DNA of 13,262 bases from contig CAZYCQ010000074.1 in assembly GCA_964645535.1 (NCBI GenBank), forward strand, positions 1 to 13,262, in the 5' to 3' direction. Made by a program: the position numbers and the translations under genes. The notes under the pieces are model-generated. The model worked only from the letters and a program-made list of their open reading frames with translations. It did not search any database and had not been told where the DNA came from. How positions within the stretch are numbered: the first letter of the stretch is position 1; the number at the start of each line of letters is the position of its first letter. The stretch is from an uncultured archaeon. GTDB lineage: Archaea > Asgardarchaeota > Heimdallarchaeia > Heimdallarchaeales > Kariarchaeaceae. Below are positions 1 through 7,327 of the stretch, piece by piece.

Positions 1-1
1 T

Positions 2-1726
2 ATCAAATTTTGCAGAGATTTGCTGCATGGGTTTCATGTAGATGGCCTGTCCGTATTTGAAAGGGAGTGTGCCAAGATCAAATACAGGCCATTCAGGTTT
101 GAAGAATCCTTGGATCATTGCAGTTTCATCAATGACCATGTGTTCGGAAACGGTTCTAAGTGCGTAGATTGGATTGTCCGAGAAACGTTTGCCGCCATCC
201 TTGGATCGGTAGTAGATTTGGGGAAGGGTTGTTCTCAAGGTCATTGCCTGAAGAAGAAGTGTCTTCACGAAAGGTTCATATTTTTCGAAAATGCTCTTGG
301 CTTCCGAGATCGTCGGCATATTGGTTTCTTTGGAATAGGGGGAACCATCAAACATTCTTTTGTTCAGTTCCAAGGGAAGAAGGGTAATCCTTTCCCATAG
401 TTCATTGAGGAGATAATGGAGAGCGAACAGCAATTCCGAGTTGGTTGCATGAAATACGTTACCTGGAATCTCAAGATCCATTTTTTTCAGGTATTCATAG
501 AATGGGTTGATACCACGAAAGGAGGAAGCTGGAAGTGAATTGACAATCGTATGATACCAAATTTCTCCTTTGTATGGTGCAGGGAGGATATGGATTTTTG
601 CTTCTTCTTCTCCATACCTGCCAACCCTGCCGATCCTTTGGATCAGGTTCGGGGCAGGGCAACTTTCGGTAATGAGGACTTGGAACTGATCGCTGACGCC
701 AACTTCAGCACTACTGGTGGCAATGACAAGTACCTTGGATTTTTGGGCATTCTTGATGTTACGATATTCATTCCATCCATTGAAGACCCTGAACAGGTCA
801 TAAGGAGCCCCCTTTCTACTGAGTTGATTTGCAAGTTGGTAAGCCCTTCTTCGTGAATTAAGGATGACAATGATCTGGTTGTTGTTTGCGAGCTCGGAGT
901 GAATAAGGTTCTTGAGGTAATTGTGATGTTCCTTCTGTGGTGAATGTATGAAGATTTTTAGACGAGAATGTCTACCAATACCGGAGACTACTCGGTTGAC
1001 GATCTTTCGTGTTTTCAGGAGATCAATGGCATAGTCAGGAGTGGTTGCGGAAAAGAAGCCATGGGGGATTTTTGGTGGAACGCCATCCAAGGTTTCAAGG
1101 ATCAACCGTTCTCGTTCCAGATTGAGGACGACATTCTGCAAGGCAAGTGGATGGAGGATATGAACTTCGTCAAATGCCTTTGGTGCATATAATTGGCGGT
1201 AGAAAAATTCAGCCTTGTAGGTTTTGTTGTTTCGGTTTGGATAGTGAAGATAGACCCATTTATCAACAGTACCCACCACACCCAAAGAGGGAATGAAACC
1301 GATTTTCTCTTCTTCATCAGATTTTATCGGCTGTGTCTCACCTAATGCCCTAAGGAGGTTTTTCACCTTCCCCGTGACCACACCACTCTGAGCAGGCAAT
1401 TTCATTGCATTGAAACGGTTGTTGAGGAGCTCATGGTGTTGGTTGAGGAGAGCATAGGTCGGGTAGAGAGAATAGAAGAAACCATGTCGTGCATCTTCCT
1501 GTTGTTTCAGCCAATTGATCATGCCGAGCTGGAAAATGTCTCTTTTGCCACCTCCGGTTCCGACGGTGCAGATCACACTTTCTCCGTTCATTATTGCTTC
1601 AATTCCTTCTTTTTGATGGATGTAAGGGGCATGATTGGTATCAGTAAAGACATTGCTTTCAAATTGTGTAGTAGGAGGGATTTCGGGATCAATCTCTATT
1701 GTTATCAAATTATGTTCGTCTGTCAA
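2..1726 (-). CDS. cas3: CRISPR-associated SF2 helicase Cas3' (no HD domain), 3'-truncated by window edge, >=575 aa
   Basis: Hand translation gives an open frame from TTG at 1726 (GGAGGAG at 1735-1741, TTGA overlap with the upstream stop) to the window edge. Motifs: Q motif PYIHQ, Walker A VGTGGGKR (1541-1564), Ia YPTYALL, Walker B DEVH (1160-1171), III FSAT, IV IVILNSRRRA, V ATSSAEVGVS, VI QRIGRVGR. It is absent from the ORF track because its stop lies outside the window. Confidence 0.93.
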   Translation of the reverse strand, partial: MTDEHNLITIEIDPEIPPTTQFESNVFTDTNHAPYIHQKEGIEAIMNGESVICTVGTGGGKRDIFQLGMINWLKQQEDARHGFFYSLYPTYALLNQHHELLNNRFNAMKLPAQSGVVTGKVKNLLRALGETQPIKSDEEEKIGFIPSLGVVGTVDKWVYLHYPNRNNKTYKAEFFYRQLYAPKAFDEVHILHPLALQNVVLNLERERLILETLDGVPPKIPHGFFSATTPDYAIDLLKTRKIVNRVVSGIGRHSRLKIFIHSPQKEHHNYLKNLIHSELANNNQIIVILNSRRRAYQLANQLSRKGAPYDLFRVFNGWNEYRNIKNAQKSKVLVIATSSAEVGVSDQFQVLITESCPAPNLIQRIGRVGRYGEEEAKIHILPAPYKGEIWYHTIVNSLPASSFRGINPFYEYLKKMDLEIPGNVFHATNSELLFALHYLLNELWERITLLPLELNKRMFDGSPYSKETNMPTISEAKSIFEKYEPFVKTLLLQAMTLRTTLPQIYYRSKDGGKRFSDNPIYALRTVSEHMVIDETAMIQGFFKPEWPVFDLGTLPFKYGQAIYMKPMQQISAKFD

Positions 1727-2406
1727 AATATGTTCTCCTCCATCTTGGGGATAACCTCGACAACAATATCAATGGGATCCAGTAGTTGCGCCAGTTTAGG
1801 ATGATAATAGGCGGATAGATGACCGTAAAGCCATTTCCGGGTATCATCTGTTTTTCCGGAAAGGAAATTCCCGACATTTAGGACAATGGATTCTATTGAT
1901 TGAATTGCCTCGATGTTTGCGCTGATATGATCGGCAAGCACAATGAGTATTCTTTCCAGCCTCAGGCTAAGACCATCGAGCTGTTTTCTCGGGTGATGGT
2001 TGCGCATGATCCATTTTGCAAGTTCCTCATTTTTGTTGGTTGGAATGCCGAATGCATTCAGCTGTCGTTCTTCTTCATTGTGAAGTTCTGGATCAAAGAG
2101 TCGATCATCAGCATGATCGCGGTAGTTTGTCCAATTTGTCCGGTTGTTTTTAATTAGCCATTGCTGCCATTCTTCGGTGTTTTTCCCGTCATCATGGTGC
2201 AGAACGCCATAAATTAGCTCTTTCATGGAAAATATGTTGTCTTTGCTACGGAGATCGATGCGGGTATAGAGTTCATAAAACAGAATTGAAGTAAGCATGC
2301 AGTGGCTTGAAAGATAGGTAAACGGTCGGGCGAAGGGAGGATTGTCCTTCAATACGAATTCATAGTGATTTGAGCCCATATCCAGAATGACTTGCCGGGA
2401 AACCAT
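1723..2406 (-). CDS. cas3'': Stand-alone CRISPR-associated HD nuclease Cas3'' (227 aa)
   Basis: Cas3-type HD motif order: LSSH, VLHHDDGKxxxxWQ, RDHA, MRNHH, LADHISA. Start reassigned to ATG 2406, which overlaps the cas6 stop (TGATG) and has GAGGA 7 nt upstream. Confidence 0.9.
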   Translation of the reverse strand: MVSRQVILDMGSNHYEFVLKDNPPFARPFTYLSSHCMLTSILFYELYTRIDLRSKDNIFSMKELIYGVLHHDDGKNTEEWQQWLIKNNRTNWTNYRDHADDRLFDPELHNEEERQLNAFGIPTNKNEELAKWIMRNHHPRKQLDGLSLRLERILIVLADHISANIEAIQSIESIVLNVGNFLSGKTDDTRKWLYGHLSAYYHPKLAQLLDPIDIVVEVIPKMEENIF

Positions 2407-3197
2407 CAATACATCCTCGCATGTATCTTTCCAAGGCCAATGGTTCTTCCATGGCCAACATTTACCCAATTGGCAAGGCGAACAAGCTTGGAGATGGTAC
2501 CATTTATTTCGCCTTTAAACACCAAATTTCCTTTGTGCCCAGTATAGATGATCTGTTTGTCATCGTTGTGAACTGGAAATCGTAAGGGTTTGAGAGAGGA
2601 TTGTTTATCCACGAGTCTAACGTTTTTGCATTCTTGGGAAAGGAGATCCTCATTAAGACTGTTTTTCGAGATCATATTGTATATTCGAAAAGGAGTCCGC
2701 AATATCCTTTCGAGAGGAAGCTCATGGATACGGAATTCTTTGCCATAGCCGTTTTCGATGAAGAACAGAGGTGTCTTGAAGGAGACCTTCAGCTTTGAAT
2801 ATTGATTTCCGTCTGCTTCAAGGGTTTCTTCAGTCAGAAATTTGATACTGGTGGAAACCACCTTGAAACGGGAATCTCCAATTTTCACGGTTTTTCTTTT
2901 GAGACTGGATAATTTTTTCACTGCGACAGTCATCTCGTTTCCGAAAACCACGACATCGAAATAGCCATGGACATGAGGAGGGACAACAAAGGTCTTTCGT
3001 TCTCGTTTCATGCCGGGAGGAAACTGGAGGGGATTGATGGAAAATGGTTTTGGGGAATTTGTATCATGGAGGTTGTTCCAAAGGGGTTTCATGGTCTCAT
3101 AGACAATGGCCCTCAGGTATTCCCCATGCTGAAATGGAACGAAGGCAGTTTGCAGAGGTCGAATGGAGATACGTACGCTTGTAACGATTGGATTCAT
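2406..3197 (-). CDS. cas6: CRISPR pre-crRNA endoribonuclease Cas6
   Basis: N-terminal LHDxxxxKPFS motif, F.TPL at the second RRM, and C-terminal G-rich loop VGHGRTIGLG. The start is uncertain (GTG 3206, ATG 3203, 3200 or 3197); 3197 fits the AGGTGA at 3203-3208 best. Confidence 0.93.
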   Translation of the reverse strand: MNPIVTSVRISIRPLQTAFVPFQHGEYLRAIVYETMKPLWNNLHDTNSPKPFSINPLQFPPGMKRERKTFVVPPHVHGYFDVVVFGNEMTVAVKKLSSLKRKTVKIGDSRFKVVSTSIKFLTEETLEADGNQYSKLKVSFKTPLFFIENGYGKEFRIHELPLERILRTPFRIYNMISKNSLNEDLLSQECKNVRLVDKQSSLKPLRFPVHNDDKQIIYTGHKGNLVFKGEINGTISKLVRLANWVNVGHGRTIGLGKIHARMY

Positions 3198-3202
3198 CAT
3201 CA

Positions 3203-4459
3203 TCACCTGAACCTATCAATGGGAATGCCATTTCCTCCCTCCATATTGAAATGGAAGAAAGCATCAATGGGTATGCATTGTCCATCTACGACAATTGCCT
3301 TTCCGGAATACTTGCCTCTGACAATGGCATATCTTTCAGTTCTTTCTATCATTTCAGTGATTTCCATTTCAGGAAACATTTGCATGGGATATTGCAAGGC
3401 AACGGTCGGCATATTCGAAACCAGCGTTTCCTCGACAGGGGTGAAATCACCCAATCGGACAATTGTTTCATTGGTGGAGGCAAAGGTTCCGAAATGAAGG
3501 ATTCTTGAGAATCTATTTTGGATTTCGGGGATATCATCCTCCTTGCAAACCAAGTAGCCTTGGAATTCTGTTCTTGGACGGATATATTCAACCATTCCGT
3601 AAGTTGGAATGGGATCATTGGAACCTCTGCCATAGATGGCAACATCCCCATATTCCGTTCGAGTGGTTGAATAATGATCCCAACCATACATATAGAGATT
3701 AAGATCTGACAGGATACTGTTGGAAACATTTTCGGATTGCCATGGTTTGAGTTCAGAGGGCCAATCCCGTCCTGCCGTCACTCTCCATTGTTCGATCAAT
3801 TGCTCGATTCTGAGTAATCCAGGCAATGGACCGTTATGGTCAGGATTGAGATGTTGCATCACCTTGGTCATGTCAATGGTTTTGATCGACGTTTTTTGGG
3901 AATACACGAGGGTATTCGGGCATGATTCATAGAGAGTTTGATGGACGGATTCCCGTATCAGCTTCATCAACCTAGAGGGGTTCTTTTGTGCCTTTTTCCA
4001 ATCAAGGTTCCATTTGTCCTTTTTCTGATTTGCCTTCACATTTGCCACGTCAGACACCTTTAGGTGTCCTGTTTCGAGGGCTAGTGAGATCAATGCTTTC
4101 ACAGGAGTACCGAAGACATTGGTTGTCGTATAGGTTGCGGATTTTCCTGCGAAAACGGCTCCCAAAAGGATTCCCCCCATTGGGGCAATCAGATTGTACA
4201 CTCTTGTTTCAAGATGGTCTGCAAAGGACAATGGTTCCTTGGGAATGGCAGGGGTGACAAAGAACCCCTCTGATGGCCAATGATAGTCTATTTCTTTTTC
4301 GATGGTGTGGCGAAGATTCCGTGGACGAGACCCAAAAAGAATGGTGGATGAGGAAACATGTGTCTTGTATACCTCGTAATTGCCGCCTCTCTTCACATTT
4401 CTGTTGATATGGAGATTAGTCATGGGAGAGAGGGTATATTTCGCCACAGACAGAGTCAT
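3203..4459 (-). CDS. cas5: Cas5 family RAMP, type I-D Csc1-like, enlarged to 418 aa by an internal insertion
   Basis: Csc1-like motifs GFFVTPAIP, PIPTYGMVEYIRPRTEFQGYL and RILHFGTFAS. It lies between cas7 and cas6, with an ATGA overlap with cas7 and AGGTGA upstream. Confidence 0.75.
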   Translation of the reverse strand: MTLSVAKYTLSPMTNLHINRNVKRGGNYEVYKTHVSSSTILFGSRPRNLRHTIEKEIDYHWPSEGFFVTPAIPKEPLSFADHLETRVYNLIAPMGGILLGAVFAGKSATYTTTNVFGTPVKALISLALETGHLKVSDVANVKANQKKDKWNLDWKKAQKNPSRLMKLIRESVHQTLYESCPNTLVYSQKTSIKTIDMTKVMQHLNPDHNGPLPGLLRIEQLIEQWRVTAGRDWPSELKPWQSENVSNSILSDLNLYMYGWDHYSTTRTEYGDVAIYGRGSNDPIPTYGMVEYIRPRTEFQGYLVCKEDDIPEIQNRFSRILHFGTFASTNETIVRLGDFTPVEETLVSNMPTVALQYPMQMFPEMEITEMIERTERYAIVRGKYSGKAIVVDGQCIPIDAFFHFNMEGGNGIPIDRFR

Positions 4460-5439
4460 TCGTTTTCTTCACCTTCGGGTAGTTTTTTGTCGAGGAAATC
4501 TATCCAATCGGCAGTGGTCAGCAATTCATCATATTTCTCATAGACATACGCAACGAGATCGGGATTTTCCTTACGATCAATGCGGATCACATGTGCATTG
4601 GATGGAAAGAGTCTATCTGGGGAATCCAGAAGACTGAAATCTTCAGCAAGATCCACATTGGTTGCCAGATTGAGAGGAGCTTCATCGGCAATGGCAACGA
4701 ATTGAACCTTGAAACGTCCATTTCGGCTGGAATAGGCACCGATACCATCCACTTGCCCGACTTCGTTCAATGCCTTTATGAATGCAAACAGATCATATTT
4801 GGAGGGATCACGTACCATCCATTTGAATGGGAAACGAGTGCCTGGCTTGACATACTCATAGGTGGCAAAGCTCGAGGAACTGCGTGACGACATTCCTGTT
4901 CTAGAGGGAGACTCTACAGTGTTCAGAACCCCAGCCTCGTCAAAGTCAAGATGACCTGCAACACAGTCATCAACCGGTTCAACTGAGAACATGTCAGGCA
5001 GGAACCATCGGGATCTTCGGGCAAACCTTCCGGGGTTAAGACTACCCAATGAGACACATACGGCACAATTGCCGCAGAGGTACTCACTTTTCCGGCAGGT
5101 TTTGACGAAGGAAAGCTGCTTTTTCATTCGATCATCAAGGCTCTTTTCCTTGGTTCTGAAACTGTCATCATCATAGATGTCCCTCAGATCCATCAGAAGT
5201 CCATCACGTATCTTGGTGAGAACCTTAATCCCTCTGAGTTCTGCCCGAAGGGTTCCATTGATATCTTGTTTGTCAACCACCTGATGGTTGCTTTTGTCAC
5301 CGACAGTGGATTTGAAAACGCCTCTTTGGGTCATCTCCAGATATCCCATGACGGTAAGAATTCTCCCTGACCAGAGTCCTGCTTTTTCAGGAAGATCAGG
5401 AAGTTGTTCAATCAGACGGGTAATTTCTTCATTTTTCAT
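4456..5439 (-). CDS. cas7: Cas7 backbone subunit, type I-D Csc2-like (327 aa)
   Basis: Zn cluster C-x6-C-x2-C-x2-C followed by SLG, then SRWFLPDMFS, EYVKPGTRF and IGAYSSRNGR, all resembling Csc2 motifs. ATG 5439 has AGGTGA 5 nt upstream (the ORF track uses GTG 5448). Confidence 0.88.
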   Translation of the reverse strand: MKNEEITRLIEQLPDLPEKAGLWSGRILTVMGYLEMTQRGVFKSTVGDKSNHQVVDKQDINGTLRAELRGIKVLTKIRDGLLMDLRDIYDDDSFRTKEKSLDDRMKKQLSFVKTCRKSEYLCGNCAVCVSLGSLNPGRFARRSRWFLPDMFSVEPVDDCVAGHLDFDEAGVLNTVESPSRTGMSSRSSSSFATYEYVKPGTRFPFKWMVRDPSKYDLFAFIKALNEVGQVDGIGAYSSRNGRFKVQFVAIADEAPLNLATNVDLAEDFSLLDSPDRLFPSNAHVIRIDRKENPDLVAYVYEKYDELLTTADWIDFLDKKLPEGEENE

Positions 5440-5818
5440 TCTGTTCACCTGCTAAATTTTGAAGAGTCCGATAAATGACGAACATGGAAATGTTGATCGC
5501 ATTTCGTTCATTTATCTTGGGTAACATTTTCTTGCAGTATTCCTCGAATTCATCAACTTTGGAAAAGTCAAGTTTCGATATGTCCATGCCCTGCCTTGAG
5601 AGCTTGGTCATGAATTCGGCAATACCTTGTTCTATTGTCGGTTGCTTGCGGAAGATTCTGAAGAACTCTCGCAAGGGATTTTCATAGCTGCTTTCCTGTC
5701 GGTTGGCCGTTATTTCCTTCCATTTAGCCAAGGAACTGTTTGGTTTTGCAACAGGAAGCCCATACAGGAATTCTGTGAATTGCTGCACAAATTCTAATTC
5801 ATTCGAATTGCTTGGCAT
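5429..5818 (-). CDS. Putative internally translated Cas11-like small subunit (129 aa) nested in-frame in the large subunit
   Basis: In-frame ATG at 5818 (M458) with GGTGA (5827-5831) 8 nt upstream, the same RBS motif found before cas7, cas5 and cas6. The downstream segment looks helical. Confidence 0.55.
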   Translation of the reverse strand: MPSNSNELEFVQQFTEFLYGLPVAKPNSSLAKWKEITANRQESSYENPLREFFRIFRKQPTIEQGIAEFMTKLSRQGMDISKLDFSKVDEFEEYCKKMLPKINERNAINISMFVIYRTLQNLAGEQNEK

Positions 5819-7189
5819 GATGGGTTTCACCAGTTCATAATATTTTTCGATTAGCTCGTTGAAATCCTTCTTTGGTTTCTTGTTCAAATCCTTCTTTGAT
5901 CTCAGATCATTGTTTTTCCCATACGTATAGCGGATTGATTTCCCGAATTCTGATATTGGGTTGGTCAGGAACCTCGTTATCTGCCTCCAGCGGAGGAGAG
6001 GTCTGGCAAGCTTACCTTCAGATCTAAGAAAAGGATAGGAGGATCCGAGTTTCTCTTCGGCAAATAACATTAATCGGAAAACATCTACCGCCTTAGAGGT
6101 ATCAACCATTTTCAGACCATTGTCTTCTGCATTGTAGAGTTTTATTTTTCTGCCAAGAGGCTCGCCATTGAGGGTCACACTCCTGATTGCCTGCAACACG
6201 AGAGAGTAGAGCAGATGTGCCTCCTTCTTCAATCTAAGATCAGGATCGACATAACCATTCATTTTGATCTTTCTTCTTTGGTTCTTTGTACGATAATTCA
6301 GGATCAGCCCATTTGGCTCAATAACGAGGAAGACCTTACCATTTGCAGCGATAATCTTGTATGAATCTGAAGGTAGCTCATCGATCAAATCTTCCAATTC
6401 AGTTTCATCCTCGTAGAACGGCATTTCTGTCCCTTTGGAGTAAGCAGGAGGAGTGGAGAGCCGGTGTGCCAGATTGATGGCCAGACGTTCAATATTTTCA
6501 TCCTTTTCTGCAATCATTTCCAATAGGATCAGAAAGTGCTTTTCAGGATCCTTGAACCCATGAATTACAACTTGTTCGATTATCTCTCGCCATACACAGG
6601 TCGGACAGAGCAAGTTAAGGTAGGAATTCCCCATTTTGGATCTGATTGTATCAGGATCTGTTTCACTTAGTGCGAACCGTAGTCTACCGGGTGTGTATTT
6701 GTTGAGAGTAGGCCAAACTTTCTTAAAAATGGGAGGGGTGCGTGGACGTCCATTGGCAAAGAATTCGAAATGGGTGCCACATTCGTCACATCGGAGTCCA
6801 TTACCATTACTCTTGATCTGCATCTGATCGATGATTTTGCCCAAGAATTCTCTGAAATCCGAATAGTATGAATTGGGGTTTTCAAGATCCTTCCCAATCC
6901 CAGAAAGTGCTTCTGTGGAAAAAATAGGAGGGAATTTCGGCTTTTTGTCCTTGTATAGTTCCGTGACTTTGGAACAGGAGACAGAATATCGTGTCCAATC
7001 AGGATTATACTTGCTTAAACCTTGGATCAACAGATCAGGTGAAAGTTTTTCTCTAAGGGTTTTCAATTCGGGTTCAGTCAGATCGATGAATGATTCGGTT
7101 ATCATGGTTCGTCCCAAGGAATCCGCCACCATTTGACGAAATATCGCATCGATGGCATAGGGAAAGGAAGGGAGAAATAATCGAACCAT
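5429..7189 (-). CDS. Putative effector-complex large subunit (Cas10d/Csc3-like or Cas8-like, lacking an HD domain), 586 aa
   Basis: First gene of the cas operon, directly upstream of and overlapping cas7. It has a Zn ribbon (CDEC, res 134-137; CPTC, res 195-198) and a helical C-terminus. No HD or GGDD motif is present. The call rests mainly on position and the Zn ribbon. Confidence 0.7.
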   Translation of the reverse strand: MVRLFLPSFPYAIDAIFRQMVADSLGRTMITESFIDLTEPELKTLREKLSPDLLIQGLSKYNPDWTRYSVSCSKVTELYKDKKPKFPPIFSTEALSGIGKDLENPNSYYSDFREFLGKIIDQMQIKSNGNGLRCDECGTHFEFFANGRPRTPPIFKKVWPTLNKYTPGRLRFALSETDPDTIRSKMGNSYLNLLCPTCVWREIIEQVVIHGFKDPEKHFLILLEMIAEKDENIERLAINLAHRLSTPPAYSKGTEMPFYEDETELEDLIDELPSDSYKIIAANGKVFLVIEPNGLILNYRTKNQRRKIKMNGYVDPDLRLKKEAHLLYSLVLQAIRSVTLNGEPLGRKIKLYNAEDNGLKMVDTSKAVDVFRLMLFAEEKLGSSYPFLRSEGKLARPLLRWRQITRFLTNPISEFGKSIRYTYGKNNDLRSKKDLNKKPKKDFNELIEKYYELVKPIMPSNSNELEFVQQFTEFLYGLPVAKPNSSLAKWKEITANRQESSYENPLREFFRIFRKQPTIEQGIAEFMTKLSRQGMDISKLDFSKVDEFEEYCKKMLPKINERNAINISMFVIYRTLQNLAGEQNEK

Positions 7190-7327
7190 ACTTTTTTCTA
7201 AGAGGGCAACTTAATGTAGGTTTATGGAAGAGAAAAAATTTGATTAGTTCTTGATTCATCAATTGAAAATCAATTATCCATATTCTTTTGGGAAATTATT
7301 TTTAGAATATTTGAAAAATTATCAATA
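7190..7327. promoter_or_regulatory. AT-rich divergent promoter region between the cas operon and the wHTH genes
   Basis: 138-bp AT-rich gap between head-to-head genes. It contains the imperfect palindrome TTGATT-ca-TCAATTGA-a-AATCAA (7251-7273). Exact promoter elements could not be resolved. Confidence 0.6.

Noticed and set aside
1-1722. Apparent gene-poor or pseudogene region, or alternative genetic code, suggested by only short ORFs in the track
   Set aside because: Hand translation shows one uninterrupted minus-strand frame (Cas3') in the standard code; the short ORFs are shadows of it.
2407-2469. N-terminal extension MGKCWPWKNHWPWK... of the HD ORF
   Set aside because: It overlaps the cas6 G-rich loop in another frame, and ATG 2406 has an RBS and a stop/start overlap.
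1433-7136. Many 60-176 aa plus-strand ORFs and nested minus-strand ORFs
   Set aside because: They are antisense or out-of-frame to well-supported cas genes and have no recognisable motifs.
5429-7189. Type III Cas10 with cyclase activity
   Set aside because: No GGDD palm motif or HD domain is present, and the neighbours are type I (Cas3', Csc2-like Cas7).
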